DNA of 64,000 nt. Source: a virus. Its lineage: Duplodnaviria; Caudoviricetes. The stretch's first letter is position 1. Each line of letters begins with the position of its first letter. A program made the translations under genes and the position numbers. The stretch covers positions 128,001 to 192,000 of IMG/VR virus record IMGVR_UViG_3300011559_000001, one strand, 5' to 3'. The notes under the pieces were generated by a model. That model ran no database searches, was not told where the DNA came from, and saw only the letters and a program-made list of their open reading frames with translations. Below, piece by piece: positions 26,960 through 37,686 of the stretch.

Positions 26960-28423
26960 ATGAGCAACGAAACAAACAAGCCCACCCACGCCGTCCTGTA
27001 TACGGACGGTGGTTGTGACAACGCCATGGTGGCCGGTTGGGGCGTCCACGGTTACTTCTTCACGCCGGAAGCTGCCAAGCAAGGCACCGGCAATCCCAAG
27101 GCACTGCCCACTGCCCTGGGGTACAACACGGGGGCCACCGGTAAGCCGGAGATCACCCTGACCCACTACGTCGATGCCTTCGGGTCGATCACCCAGAATG
27201 CAACCAACAACGTTGCTGAACTGATGGCCACCTTCAATGCCCTGAAGGTTGTCAAGGACGCTGGGATCAAGAACGTCCACTTCATGAAGGACAGCCAGTA
27301 CGTACTGCAGGGTTTTGACACCCACATGTACAACTGGGCCAAGAACAACTGGACCAAGAAGGACGGTGGTCCGGTCAGCAACACTCCACTGTGGAAGTCG
27401 GTTTACGATCTCAAGGCGGAGATGATCAACGACGGTGTCAACTTCACCACCAAGTGGGTGAAGGGTCACAGCGGCGAGTTCGGCAACGAACGTGCCGATG
27501 GTCTGGCCACCGCTGGCAAGATGGCTGCCCGCAATCAAGCCGCGCGTGATTCGTTCCAGATCAATGAGGCCAAGGGCTTCTGGAATGCCAAGTCCGAACG
27601 CAACCGGATGTTCTCTCTGCCCAACTGGTACTTCGCCGCCTACGCCGGCAAGGCACCGGATGCGCCGGGTGAGCGCCACGTCTACTACACCGGTACCATC
27701 CGCGATGACATCCAGCTGATCGGCAAGCAAATCGCCGATGCCAGCTTTGCGGTCCTGTTCTTGAAGAACCGCGATCCGGTGTTGGACATTGTCGGGGCCG
27801 GTACGCAGGACATGCATGTGGGTCGTCCGCAGGGCGTGATGATCGGCTACCTCGATGCCATCTTCAAGCCGGGCACCTACGATGAGCTGGCTGATTTCGG
27901 TCGTGACCTGCTGATCAAGGATCGTCGTCAGCGTCGGCTGATGACCAAAGACAAGAAGCTGGTACTCCACGAAGCTGATCCGCCGGGCCTGTCGTTCCGC
28001 CTGATGGACCACTTGGGCCTGTTGGAAGATCGTCTGCGCGACTATCTCAACCCCAAGCGTGAAAGCTACGTGAGAATTACTGATCTGACTGGCCTAATCT
28101 ATGAGAAGACGGAAACCAAAAACAAGGTCTCTGTCAAGCTCATTTCTTCGATCAATGCGGGTACGCGTTCGATGAAGGTCGATGGGGCCTACAGCAATGA
28201 GAAGAACAAGGAAGGTTCGCTTCCCATTGTTCTGACGCTGGCCCAGGATCTTCCCGATCGTAATACTCTGGCGGCCTTGGCTGCTGAGGATGTCAAGGTT
28301 TCGCTGCTGACGTGGCCTGAGTCCACGCGCGCAGTTCGCTTTGCAATCGTGATCGAATCCAACGGCGACGTCGGCATCTGGGCAGGTCCGTACTCCAACC
28401 TCCAGATGCTTCCTCTTAAGTAG
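26960..28423 (+). CDS. rnhA: Ribonuclease HI with long C-terminal extension (phiKZ gp155-like)
   Basis: LYTDGG, TNNVAEL, DSQYV, WVKGHSG..GNERADGLA motifs. Confidence 0.93.
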   Translation: MSNETNKPTHAVLYTDGGCDNAMVAGWGVHGYFFTPEAAKQGTGNPKALPTALGYNTGATGKPEITLTHYVDAFGSITQNATNNVAELMATFNALKVVKDAGIKNVHFMKDSQYVLQGFDTHMYNWAKNNWTKKDGGPVSNTPLWKSVYDLKAEMINDGVNFTTKWVKGHSGEFGNERADGLATAGKMAARNQAARDSFQINEAKGFWNAKSERNRMFSLPNWYFAAYAGKAPDAPGERHVYYTGTIRDDIQLIGKQIADASFAVLFLKNRDPVLDIVGAGTQDMHVGRPQGVMIGYLDAIFKPGTYDELADFGRDLLIKDRRQRRLMTKDKKLVLHEADPPGLSFRLMDHLGLLEDRLRDYLNPKRESYVRITDLTGLIYEKTETKNKVSVKLISSINAGTRSMKVDGAYSNEKNKEGSLPIVLTLAQDLPDRNTLAALAAEDVKVSLLTWPESTRAVRFAIVIESNGDVGIWAGPYSNLQMLPLK

Positions 28424-28444
28424 TTCTTTCCTGAGGTCTCTTCC

Positions 28445-28882
28445 ATGTACGGAACGGCGAGTAACGACCAGCGCGGCGTGGGGCTGGTACGGGCAATGGT
28501 GGAGTTTATCCTCTCCAAGCTCGTCAACGAGCACACCCGTCGGATGATCTTCGTGACGAGCATCTACAAGCGCGCCACGCGTTTGGATCATCTGAAGCAA
28601 TCTGCTGTGGTCAAGCTCAATCAACTGATGGTGGTGGCGACCGATACCCGGTCGCTGCCGATGGCTGCGCGATTGCACAATCTCGTGTGGGGTAACACCG
28701 ACCTCAACACCGTGCTCTCTCCGGAAGTCCTTGCTCGTGTAATGAGTGATGACGAACGCCGGGAGATCTCCACACGGGTGGTGGACATGGCTCCCAAGTG
28801 TCTTCGCTACGGGAAGCCTGAAATGATCAGGGACGTCCAACGTCTCCTTTCGCTGGGCAACATGGCGCCTGTGGCAGCCTGA
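28445..28882 (+). CDS. Hypothetical protein
   Basis: GAGG RBS; fills the space between RNase H and the terminator. Confidence 0.65.
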   Translation: MYGTASNDQRGVGLVRAMVEFILSKLVNEHTRRMIFVTSIYKRATRLDHLKQSAVVKLNQLMVVATDTRSLPMAARLHNLVWGNTDLNTVLSPEVLARVMSDDERREISTRVVDMAPKCLRYGKPEMIRDVQRLLSLGNMAPVAA

Positions 28883-28897
28883 TTGAAAAAGTCTCGC

Positions 28898-28943
28898 GAG
28901 CATAGAGCCCCCGCCCAAACGGGCGGGGGCTCGCTTTATGCTG
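28898..28943. terminator. Bidirectional GCATA-hairpin-TATGC element
   Basis: GAGCATA-GAGCCCCCGCCC-AAAC-GGGCGGGGGCTC-GCTTTATGCTG. Confidence 0.8.
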
Positions 28944-28952
28944 TCGACCCGA

Positions 28953-29777
28953 TTAGATCTTCGGGGTGACGATGCGCACGTTGTTGTCCACGGCCTTGAG
29001 GAACTCATCGACGCGATGACGCAGCACGCCGTAGAACTCCACATGCTGAGCCACTTCGTAGACGACCTTGGACAGCTTCTCCACGTTGACCGAGGAGAAC
29101 TGGTAGGCGTCGGTGCCCTTGTCTTCGCGCAGGCGCTCGGACAGCACGGTCAGCAGCTGACTCAGTTCGGGCAGGCGCTTTTGCACCTTCTCGTACTTGC
29201 CGTTGCTGTAGATCGTATTGAGCTTCTTGACCTGGTTGTTCAGGTCGGTCCAGTCGCCCTGGCGCTTGAAGGTTTCACCGTAGACGGCACTGGTGACGTC
29301 GGACTTGTCGGGGAAGTAACGGTCCAGCTGCTTCTGGATGCCTTCGATCTTGGGCTCGTGCAGGCCGGGGATCTTCAGGCTGTTGCTCAGCGACTTGAGC
29401 GATTCCGGATCAGCGATGCGCTGCTGCAGCCAGGAGCTGAACGGGGAGAGCACGTCGGCGTCCAGACTGTCCAGTGCTTCGGTGGCCTTGATCAGGGTGT
29501 CACCGTAATCCACCAGCGCACCCTTGAAGCCCTGCGGTACGTACACCTGCAGGCCACGCAGATCGCTGTAGTTGGCACGGCTGGCATTCATGGACAGCCA
29601 GCCGATGTTCTTGACCGAGAAAAAGTCGCCCAGCGACTGCAGGACGTTCTTGGTCAGAAATTCACTGGCTTGATCGAACAGCGAGGGCAGCTTTTCAGCG
29701 GCCTTATCTGCTGCATTGCCACCTACAGCGGCCTCCAGGGAGATCACGTTGCAGGTCTGGCGAAGTTGTTCCAACAT
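28953..29777 (-). CDS. Internal head protein (phiKZ gp153-like) with N-terminal protease site
   Basis: VISLE/A cleavage motif near the N-terminus, Y.DL…VYVP.GF.G motif; lies between RNase H and UvsX. Confidence 0.65.
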   Translation of the reverse strand: MLEQLRQTCNVISLEAAVGGNAADKAAEKLPSLFDQASEFLTKNVLQSLGDFFSVKNIGWLSMNASRANYSDLRGLQVYVPQGFKGALVDYGDTLIKATEALDSLDADVLSPFSSWLQQRIADPESLKSLSNSLKIPGLHEPKIEGIQKQLDRYFPDKSDVTSAVYGETFKRQGDWTDLNNQVKKLNTIYSNGKYEKVQKRLPELSQLLTVLSERLREDKGTDAYQFSSVNVEKLSKVVYEVAQHVEFYGVLRHRVDEFLKAVDNNVRIVTPKI

Positions 29778-29930
29778 AGATAACTCCACGGAAGGTAGAT
29801 GAGATGACTTGTGTCATAGAGTTAGGTTATCTAAGGTATGGGTTTTTTTACATGGTCGTTTGATACTTTGAGAAACTCCGACGGCCCTCGCCGTTACTCG
29901 ATACCCAACAACACAAGGATTCATTCCGCC

Positions 29931-30821
29931 ATGTTCCAACCCGTCACCTTCCACGACAAGCGTTCGGCCCTCAACGAAATCCTGCTGCAGCAGATGGTGG
30001 GTCTGGTCCAGGGTCTGATCCCGGCCATCCACAACGCCGCCACCGGCAACCGTCCCAGCGAAGAGCTGATGCAGGTGCTGACTGCTGCCCAGCAGAACAG
30101 CCAGGAAATGCTGACCAACTACGGCATCGGCATGAGCGCCATCCGCAACAAGGAAGCCGACCGCGTCCTGGGCCCGGTGATGCGCGATGACAACGAGAAC
30201 TACGCCGACCCGGCACTGGTGCTGGAATACCTGAAGGCCAACGTCGGCCGTACCTACTTCGGCACCTCCGAGCCGACTGCTGCGCCGGATGGCTCGATCG
30301 GCACCGCCGGCTTCGGCAAGAAGTTCAAGGACTGGCTGAACGACCTGCCGGACTTCGACCTGACCCTGAGCCAGCAGATGGCCGCCGGCTTCTACAAGGA
30401 CACCCACACCAACCGTGGTGGTGAGCCGATGCCGCTGCTGGTGCTGCGCAACGGCCAGGAAATCATCGTCGTGGCCTTCCGCAAGTTCGTCTCCATCGAC
30501 GTGCTGAACCTGGACCACGTGCCGGAGGACTACCGCTGGGACAGCCACAGCAAGTACGCTCTGCGTGGCGAGATGTACAGCTACCGCGGCGACCTGACCG
30601 TGGGTCAGCTGGAATCGCTGTTCCTGTCGGCGCTGACCACCCAGGGCATCACCACCGTCAACCCGCCGGTGCTGAAGGAAGTCACCAACGGCCTGTCGCA
30701 GGTCAAGAGCGAAGAGCAGCTGGAGCAGGCCGAAGCTGAACAGCTGGCACAGGCTGAAACCGACGCCAACGTCATCGAAGGCGGCGTGTACGCTGAAGAC
30801 GTCAAGTCCAGCGAGCAGTAA
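29931..30821 (+). CDS. Hypothetical protein, likely highly expressed
   Basis: Extreme C/G third-position bias from ATG 29931; acidic C-terminus. Confidence 0.75.
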   Translation: MFQPVTFHDKRSALNEILLQQMVGLVQGLIPAIHNAATGNRPSEELMQVLTAAQQNSQEMLTNYGIGMSAIRNKEADRVLGPVMRDDNENYADPALVLEYLKANVGRTYFGTSEPTAAPDGSIGTAGFGKKFKDWLNDLPDFDLTLSQQMAAGFYKDTHTNRGGEPMPLLVLRNGQEIIVVAFRKFVSIDVLNLDHVPEDYRWDSHSKYALRGEMYSYRGDLTVGQLESLFLSALTTQGITTVNPPVLKEVTNGLSQVKSEEQLEQAEAEQLAQAETDANVIEGGVYAEDVKSSEQ

Positions 30822-30879
30822 TCCGAATGGTCCCCGGTTTCGGCCGGGGACCTTCCCCTTTCTTTCAGCCGAGTAAACC

Positions 30880-32478
30880 ATGAGTCTGAAGAACCATTTC
30901 AAGAAAGCGCCGAAGATGCGACCACAGCTCAATGTCGGCTCGGTGTTTGACATCCCCAACGGGCGCTACTACCTCGGCAAGCACGGCGAGTCCATCCTCA
31001 ACGGTGGCGTGGCGTACTTCACCGGCGTGGCAGGTAAGGGTAACACCTTCAAGTCCACCCTGATGCATTACATGACGCTGCAGATTCTGAACCGCTACTC
31101 CAGTTCGGAATGCAACATCTACGACACCGAGATGTCGCTGACGGCTGAGCGCATGTACCAGCTGGCCCAGCACATGGAGTACATCGCTGGTCTGGATCTG
31201 GAACAAGAAGATCGCATGCTGATCACCGACTCCACCGCCATGATGGGCGAGGAGTGGTTCGAAGCGCTGAAGAACATGGGCGCTGAGCGAATCTCCAAGG
31301 AAAAGATCAAGCACTACACCCGCACCACCCCGTTCATCAACCACGAAGTCGGTGGTTTCTTCACCGCTGTCGCTCCGACGGTTGTGGAGATCGATTCGCT
31401 GTCCATGCTGACCACCACCACGGTCCAGGCAGTGTTCGACAAGAACGAGATCGGCGACAGTGCCACGAACATGTCGGCCATGTCCGATGCGCGCATCAAG
31501 ACGCAGATGCTCAACCAGTTCCCGGCGTTCACCGCCGCGCACGGCGTGTACATCCTGACCTCGGCCCACGTGGGCAAGCAGCACGTACTGGACAAGTACG
31601 CTCCGCCGGCCAAGCAGCTGCAGTTCCTCAAGGGCGATGCGTCCTTCAAGAACGTGCCGGAGAAGTTCTCCTTCCTGACCAACAACCTGTACTTCGTGCA
31701 CTCGGCAGAAATCTTGCTGAACGCGGACAAGACCGGTTGCGAGTTCCCGAAGGATACCGACGACAAGCGCAAGGGCGATACCGACCTGCAGCTGTTGACG
31801 GTGCAGAACCTGCGTGCCAAGTCTGGCCCGACTGGTATGCCGATCGAAGTGATCGTCTCCCAGAGCGAAGGCCTGCTGATGGGTCTGACGGAGTTCAACC
31901 TGATCAAGTCGCTGGCGCGCTTTGGTCTGGAAGGCAACATGCAGAACTACCAGCTGACCCTGCTGCCGGGCGTGGCCCTGTCGCGTACCACCGTGCGCGG
32001 CAAGCTGGACACCAACCCCAAGCTGTGCCGGGCGATGGAGATCACCGCCGAGTTGGCGTACATGTACAACTTCGGTTATCGCACCGAAACCACGGCCACC
32101 CGTGCCCCGGGCCTGAACGAAGAAGAGCACTTCGACAACGAACTGGTCTGCACCGCCAAGGAGCTTTACGACGACCTGAAGGCGAAAGGTTATGACTGGG
32201 ATGAGCTGCTGAATACTCGCGGCTACTGGGTCTTCCAAGAAGACGAAGCTGATCGTCCCCCGTTCCTGAGCACCATGGACCTGATGCGTATGCGTGCCGG
32301 CCTCTACCATCCGTACTGGATGAAGAAGCCGGATGGCATTCGCGTGGCGACGCAGGCCGAAGCAACACTCGGTACCAGCAATGACGTCAAGGTCACTGAA
32401 GACGACGTCGCCCGGGCTGTCAAGAAGCTGGAAGCCACCGTCTCCAAGATGCGTGGTAAGAAAGCCGTAGAAGCGTAA
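30880..32478 (+). CDS. uvsX: UvsX/RecA-like recombinase (phiKZ gp152-like)
   Basis: Walker A GKGNTFKS, YDTE catalytic Glu, VEIDSLS Walker B, R.KSGP.G motif. Confidence 0.88.
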   Translation: MSLKNHFKKAPKMRPQLNVGSVFDIPNGRYYLGKHGESILNGGVAYFTGVAGKGNTFKSTLMHYMTLQILNRYSSSECNIYDTEMSLTAERMYQLAQHMEYIAGLDLEQEDRMLITDSTAMMGEEWFEALKNMGAERISKEKIKHYTRTTPFINHEVGGFFTAVAPTVVEIDSLSMLTTTTVQAVFDKNEIGDSATNMSAMSDARIKTQMLNQFPAFTAAHGVYILTSAHVGKQHVLDKYAPPAKQLQFLKGDASFKNVPEKFSFLTNNLYFVHSAEILLNADKTGCEFPKDTDDKRKGDTDLQLLTVQNLRAKSGPTGMPIEVIVSQSEGLLMGLTEFNLIKSLARFGLEGNMQNYQLTLLPGVALSRTTVRGKLDTNPKLCRAMEITAELAYMYNFGYRTETTATRAPGLNEEEHFDNELVCTAKELYDDLKAKGYDWDELLNTRGYWVFQEDEADRPPFLSTMDLMRMRAGLYHPYWMKKPDGIRVATQAEATLGTSNDVKVTEDDVARAVKKLEATVSKMRGKKAVEA

Positions 32479-32547
32479 GCCATCCTTTGTGGTGGCATGT
32501 TGAAAGGGGCTATGGACTACCATAGCCCCCACTCCTGAGATGTCATC

Positions 32548-32898
32548 ATGAAGCCCCAACTGTTTTCATCGACCAACCCCATCACGGTTGGAATCTACAC
32601 CGCGCTGGCTGGCCTGGATGTCAGCTGTGCGTGGCGTTTCGTGCAGACCTACTGTGAACCCAAAAGCAACAACATCAACGACCACATTCGCGCGGCCAAC
32701 TGCTACTGGCGCGAACAACTGCATTCGGCCATGGTCAACACCATGGACGTGCGTGCTGACCTGATTGATCAGGTGGACATGCACGACTGGCTGCGCTTGT
32801 TCGCTGTCAAGGTTGCCCCGGTTGTGGTTTCTCTGGACCTGCCGCAGGAGATGCGTCAGGCCATGGGCACCCCGTTCTTCGGTTTCGCCCCCGCATAA
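32548..32898 (+). CDS. Hypothetical protein
   Basis: ORF after the hairpin GGGGCTATGG-ACTA-CCATAGCCCC. Confidence 0.65.
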   Translation: MKPQLFSSTNPITVGIYTALAGLDVSCAWRFVQTYCEPKSNNINDHIRAANCYWREQLHSAMVNTMDVRADLIDQVDMHDWLRLFAVKVAPVVVSLDLPQEMRQAMGTPFFGFAPA

Positions 32899-32971
32899 GC
32901 TCACAAGGCCCTCCCTCTGACTTTGCACGGGTCGGAGGGAGGATCTTGTGTATCTATTATGGAATGCACCC

Positions 32972-33637
32972 ATGAGTAACCGTAAGGCGGCTACGGCCCA
33001 ATGCCTGAGTGACATCGAAGAACTGGTCCCCGGTGGACAAGCGGGCAAGGACATGGAAGCTGTCCTGAATGCCATGAGCGATGAGCAGTTCGATCAGTAC
33101 ATGGCCGCGCTTGAAAGCGGTGATGAGATCGTCTCCATTGCCATCCCCAATCTGGGCACGGACAAGCTGGAAATGGAACGCCTGCTGGACGTGGGCGCCA
33201 AGTTCGGCCACGAGTTCTTTGAACAGATCTGGCTGACCGATGCCAAGACCGGTCTGACCTATCTGACCCCGGAGAAGTACTTGGTCATCATGCTGCCGCT
33301 GCGTCGTCAGCAGCAGGCGCTGGTCAAGAAGATCTCCATTCCCGATTCCAACAAGCACGTCGATGAAATGACCGGCCAGGTCACCGGCGATTCCAAGGGT
33401 GCCAGCCTGTCTGGTCCGGAAATCCAAGTGCTGCGTGCACTGGGTCTGGACAAGGTCCTGCTGGAAGGCATCAAGGTTCGTGGTGGTGATGAGAAGGCCT
33501 TCCGCTTTGTCAATCGCCAGATCATCGAAACCGGTGAAGCCAACATCGATACCGTACTGGCTGCCGGTACGCGTGTGAAGGGCACCATTACCCTGAGCGA
33601 TCTGATGACGGCCATGCACCTGCGTAACAACCTCTAA
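32972..33637 (+). CDS. rpoB: Virion RNA polymerase beta subunit, C-terminal part (phiKZ gp149-like)
   Basis: LPLRRQQQ.L.KKIS…D..TGQVTGDSKGASLS.PE…E..KVRGGD matches the beta C-terminal TQQP..G…G..E…KSDD region. Confidence 0.85.
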   Translation: MSNRKAATAQCLSDIEELVPGGQAGKDMEAVLNAMSDEQFDQYMAALESGDEIVSIAIPNLGTDKLEMERLLDVGAKFGHEFFEQIWLTDAKTGLTYLTPEKYLVIMLPLRRQQQALVKKISIPDSNKHVDEMTGQVTGDSKGASLSGPEIQVLRALGLDKVLLEGIKVRGGDEKAFRFVNRQIIETGEANIDTVLAAGTRVKGTITLSDLMTAMHLRNNL

Positions 33638-33646
33638 GCGAGCCTT

Positions 33647-34204
33647 ATGAGTAACCCCAACTTTCAATTTGACCTGCCCCAGCTGATCAGCGCGTTGGAT
33701 GCTGAGCTGGAAGAGCGGATGAACTCCCTGTCGGTGAGTCCGGAGATCTACGGAAAGGTACTCAACTACCTGACTGGTGATCTGCAGACCTTGCGCTTCC
33801 ATCTGTGCAACGATGCACTGACGGTGGGGGAGACCTGGCGTGTGATTCGTAGTCAGGAAGAGCTGGTCGATCTGATCTCGGATCTGACCTTGAGCCTCCA
33901 CCTGTATGCCAACGTCCAAGTCCCCGACGGCTGGGTTAAGCTGAGTGATCTGGTGGCCAATGCCATCGGTTCATTCAATCCACCGAACGTGAACAAGGAA
34001 TGGTGTGCACTGGAGGACACTAGCGAGACTGAGTTGTTCGCCACTCCGACCACGGTGACCCACACGATCGCCTCCAATCCGTGGTGGGTGACCTTGTTCC
34101 TGATGCGTCGTACGCCCACGGTGATCAAGCACAACGCTGAATTGATCCGTAAGGCCGCTGCCGTGCATCGTAACGGCGGCGCAGCTTCGGCGCAGGGAGA
34201 ATAA
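33647..34204 (+). CDS. Hypothetical protein
   Basis: In operon with the RNAP subunit. Confidence 0.7.
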   Translation: MSNPNFQFDLPQLISALDAELEERMNSLSVSPEIYGKVLNYLTGDLQTLRFHLCNDALTVGETWRVIRSQEELVDLISDLTLSLHLYANVQVPDGWVKLSDLVANAIGSFNPPNVNKEWCALEDTSETELFATPTTVTHTIASNPWWVTLFLMRRTPTVIKHNAELIRKAAAVHRNGGAASAQGE

Positions 34205-34207
34205 GCC

Positions 34208-35014
34208 ATGGAAGAGCATCGCCCGCCATCGATCATCTACGTCGAATTGGACGCCTATCTGGACACCCGACTGTCCAGCCTGGCCATGATCTCACCGGCC
34301 GCGGCACTGGAGTGTAAGGGGGACCCGCGTTACTTCGATCGCGTCATTGACGATTTCGAAGAACTGTGCGGTGTGACCCGACAGGCGTACCGTAACGCCT
34401 ACTCCCGCCGTGACGAAGACTGCATGCGCAACGCAGTCATCACCGAGATCCCCTTCATCCTCAATGAGCTGGTGCTCAAACTGGAGAAGGAAGCCATCGA
34501 TACCCCGTTCCTGTCGCGGGTGGTCGTGGAAGTCAACGTCTATCCCTACAAGCTCGACGAAGAGTCGCGCGACGCCATTGCACTGGCGGTGATGGCACGG
34601 GCTGGGATCGAAACGGAAGTGCGGTGCATCTACATGACCCCTGAGCAGGTCACGCCCACGTTCGTACGTGGGCGCTACTCGGGCATGATCATCTACAACT
34701 TCCGGGAATGGATGGAATGCCACCTGAAGGAGTTTGACCGGGTGAAGATGCCGCGGGTCTCGGTACTGGCTCCTGCCTTGTGGCATGACGTGGTGCCCTC
34801 CGCTGAAGCCTTCACCGGTGAAGGGGTGTCCTCGCACATCACCGGCTTCCAGTTGTCTGAAGTAGCGGCGGTGGAATTGTTTGCCCTGTCGCTGTTGCCG
34901 GCAGCCAACTTCTCCATGGTGCGTGTGCCGGGCCATTACCAGCCCAAGGCCAAGGTCGACGTACCGATCGAAGACATCACTCCGGCTGCACCCAGTTCGA
35001 TCATCATCAAATGA
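34208..35014 (+). CDS. Conserved jumbo-phage protein (phiKZ gp147-like; degenerate HAD-like N-terminus)
   Basis: IYVELDAYLDTRL and VNVYPYKL motifs; GGAG RBS. Confidence 0.65.
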   Translation: MEEHRPPSIIYVELDAYLDTRLSSLAMISPAAALECKGDPRYFDRVIDDFEELCGVTRQAYRNAYSRRDEDCMRNAVITEIPFILNELVLKLEKEAIDTPFLSRVVVEVNVYPYKLDEESRDAIALAVMARAGIETEVRCIYMTPEQVTPTFVRGRYSGMIIYNFREWMECHLKEFDRVKMPRVSVLAPALWHDVVPSAEAFTGEGVSSHITGFQLSEVAAVELFALSLLPAANFSMVRVPGHYQPKAKVDVPIEDITPAAPSSIIIK

Positions 35015-35053
35015 CAGCATAAGCCCCCGCCCCGAAGGGCGGGGGTCTATGTT
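35015..35053. terminator. Bidirectional GCATA-hairpin-TATG element
   Basis: CAGCATAAG-CCCCCGCCC-CGAA-GGGCGGGGG-TCTATGTT. Confidence 0.8.
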
Positions 35054-35601
35054 CAATCTTCCTCTTCTTCCTTCTTGAGCTTGGCCAGGTCGTCCTCGGT
35101 CATGCCCGTACGGTTCATCACGTCATCGTAGGTGGTGGTGTCCAGACCCACCTGCGTTTCATCCGGCGCCAAGGCCAGCGGTTCCAGACCCTGAGCATCG
35201 TCGATGCTCGGAATAACGCGGGTGGCTTCACCGGGGATCGGGTCACGGCGCATCGGATTGTCACCGACTTGACGCAGCATGAGCTGCACAGCTTCGGCGG
35301 CCAGACGGTCAGCACCAGAGATCTTCTCCTTGACCTGGGTGAGCTTGTTCTTGGCGGCCGCATCTTCCAGCGCCTTGACGTTGCTCAGGAAGACCTTACG
35401 CTCTTCCGGGTCCACCGGCATCTCACCGCCGTTGTTGTTCAGATCGATAGCCACCTGACGCAAGCGCAACTTACGGGTGAGCTTGAGGATCTGATCATCG
35501 CCCAAGTCGGGGACGTCCTCGATCCTGGGGGTGGTGGGTTGCAGGATCTGGTCAAAGCCATTGGGGCCAGAAGACGCCAAAGGCAGTTGTTCATCGCTCA
35601 T
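35053..35601 (-). CDS. Hypothetical protein (acidic)
   Basis: AGGA RBS; typical codon bias. Confidence 0.7.
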   Translation of the reverse strand: MSDEQLPLASSGPNGFDQILQPTTPRIEDVPDLGDDQILKLTRKLRLRQVAIDLNNNGGEMPVDPEERKVFLSNVKALEDAAAKNKLTQVKEKISGADRLAAEAVQLMLRQVGDNPMRRDPIPGEATRVIPSIDDAQGLEPLALAPDETQVGLDTTTYDDVMNRTGMTEDDLAKLKKEEEED

Positions 35602-35719
35602 AGCGGCTTCCTATGTAAAAAATGTACGGTTACATACTATTTGTACAGAGCAAGCTATCCAAGATCTTTCAGGCCTCGGTTATTTTTTACCGAAGGCCCT
35701 TAACATAGCAGAGCAACCG

Positions 35720-36271
35720 ATGTCACTACTTACGTACATCTTTGGGGTTTATGCACGCTTCAAGGCCGATAGAGCCTCGCGTGCTTGGGAAAACGATTGG
35801 ACTGTTTTCCTGAAAACTCACCCAGATCCCTACAGTCTGGATGGGTTGGAACTGGCACTCTTGCACTGCAGCAGAGTCACCATTCCTGAGTTGTCTATCA
35901 GCCAACGGCGGACGCAAAAGGCCTACACGGCCACCGCCACGGTTGAGGATTTGTTGTCCCTGCTGGGTACGATCCGGATGATCGTTCTGGCGGGAGATAG
36001 TATGCCCGAAAAATTACTCCCGAAAGACAGTGATCAGAAACACCGCCGTGTGGATGATTACTTCATTTCGCTGGAGGGGCATATCGTCTCGACTGCAAAG
36101 ATCTTACCTTCCTTGGAAGGACGGATTGAGCAGTTGACCACTGCGTTGCGCCAGCTGGAAGTGGACGATGAGAATCGCTACCGTTATTACGATCGCAAGC
36201 TCCGCCCGCTCTACCGCGATGTGTATTACGTACTGATGGCTCTACACCAAGCCAGCTTTGCAAACCGCTAA
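35720..36271 (+). CDS. Hypothetical protein
   Basis: ATG 35720 preferred; the upstream extension crosses an AT-rich divergent promoter region. Confidence 0.65.
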   Translation: MSLLTYIFGVYARFKADRASRAWENDWTVFLKTHPDPYSLDGLELALLHCSRVTIPELSISQRRTQKAYTATATVEDLLSLLGTIRMIVLAGDSMPEKLLPKDSDQKHRRVDDYFISLEGHIVSTAKILPSLEGRIEQLTTALRQLEVDDENRYRYYDRKLRPLYRDVYYVLMALHQASFANR

Positions 36272-36310
36272 ACCGCCCGATCCGCCATCGGGTATTACAG
36301 AGAGGTGAGA

Positions 36311-36868
36311 ATGTCTTACGGTTATAACGACGACCAAGACATGTTGAACGCAGACAACAAGGGCGTCGAAGAAGCCCGCGGTCACCTGAGCAAGATGTGG
36401 CGCACGCTGCTCGTGGCGCGCGACATCGACGGTTGGAAATGGGATCGACTGATGCGGATCTATCTGACTGATCCGCGCAACGGTATCCAGAACAACTCCC
36501 GCGACCGGTCCTCGGCTCGCGGTAACCTCAACAAGGAACTCAAGCGCGACGACATGACCTGGCGTGTGTTTGAGAAGGCCTTGAAGTTCCTCGATCCGAT
36601 TCGTATCGTGTTCACTGTCCGTGTCACGTTCAAGGATGGCAAGACGGTCGAGGTTTCTTCCATGCCGCGTGACCGTGGCAAGATGCCGGAGTTTGAGCAG
36701 TCGGCACCTGAGGTCGATGAGATCCTCGACAACAGCGGCGATGGCGATCTTGTGCCCGAGCACTCGATGGCAACCGAGCATCGTCCTGATTTCCGCAACC
36801 GTCCGTCCCAGGACGTCCTGACTCCTCAGGGCGTGATTGACGCCATCAACAGGAAAAAGAAGAAATGA
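36311..36868 (+). CDS. Conserved jumbo-phage hypothetical protein
   Basis: GAGG RBS; RGNL.KEL…MTW.VF.K.L.FL motif. Confidence 0.72.
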   Translation: MSYGYNDDQDMLNADNKGVEEARGHLSKMWRTLLVARDIDGWKWDRLMRIYLTDPRNGIQNNSRDRSSARGNLNKELKRDDMTWRVFEKALKFLDPIRIVFTVRVTFKDGKTVEVSSMPRDRGKMPEFEQSAPEVDEILDNSGDGDLVPEHSMATEHRPDFRNRPSQDVLTPQGVIDAINRKKKK

Positions 36869-37686
36869 CCAAGCGCAAGACGAGCGCAATCGTGTATGAC
36901 CGTGAGTCCGACGGTGTGGACTATATCGCCATCTCCAGCCGTGCCCGCACGCGGCTGGGGCGGGCACTGGCGGCAGGTGGTCACCTGCCCAGTGAACATC
37001 GCGACTACGGTCGCTTCAACTCGATCGCCGGTCTGATCCGCTTCCTGGGCGGTGACCATCGTGAGATCAATCGCGAGATCAGTGGCGTGGAGTACGATGA
37101 CGCGTACACCGACACGCTGGGTGAACAGTACGAGGAAGTCCTCCAAGACTACCTCAAGCAGGCGTTGAACTCGCTGTCTTACCTGAAGTCCGACATCCGT
37201 CAGGTGATCCGCGACAAGACGCCGTTTGCGGTGTTCCACGCCGTTGACGACGAGTGGGTCAACCTGCCGTGCCCGTTGTGGCTACAGGAGACACTCACTG
37301 CCCTGCTCAAGGCCCTGGCCGATCAGGACACCATGGAAAGCTCCATGGTGATGCAGATCATGTCCGTCGATCCGGGCACTGACCAGGGCGAGGCCTCCAT
37401 CCTCTTGCACGCAACCAAGACGGCTGACGGTGTGACCTTGAAAGAGGTCAAGTCGTTGGACTGGGACGCTGAGGTAGTCCACCCCAGCTCGCCCCAGCGT
37501 TCACTGCTGCAGTTGCAAGCGGCCTATATCGAAGCCACCCAGGGCACCGATGCGGCAATCGACTTTGTCGTGAGCCAGGCCGAGTACGACAGCCTCCCCG
37601 AGAATGTTCGCACCATGATGGGGGATGCGCTGAAAATCCAACGGGCAATCGAAGGCACCGCCGTGCCTGCGCCGAAGAAGGAATAA
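36865..37686 (+). CDS. Degenerate NADAR-like paralog with C-terminal extension
   Basis: DGVDYIAISSRARTRLGRAL…YGRFNSIAG aligns with DGVDHINVCSHGKTPLGQLA…HGFFASMEA of the next gene. Confidence 0.55.
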   Translation: MTKRKTSAIVYDRESDGVDYIAISSRARTRLGRALAAGGHLPSEHRDYGRFNSIAGLIRFLGGDHREINREISGVEYDDAYTDTLGEQYEEVLQDYLKQALNSLSYLKSDIRQVIRDKTPFAVFHAVDDEWVNLPCPLWLQETLTALLKALADQDTMESSMVMQIMSVDPGTDQGEASILLHATKTADGVTLKEVKSLDWDAEVVHPSSPQRSLLQLQAAYIEATQGTDAAIDFVVSQAEYDSLPENVRTMMGDALKIQRAIEGTAVPAPKKE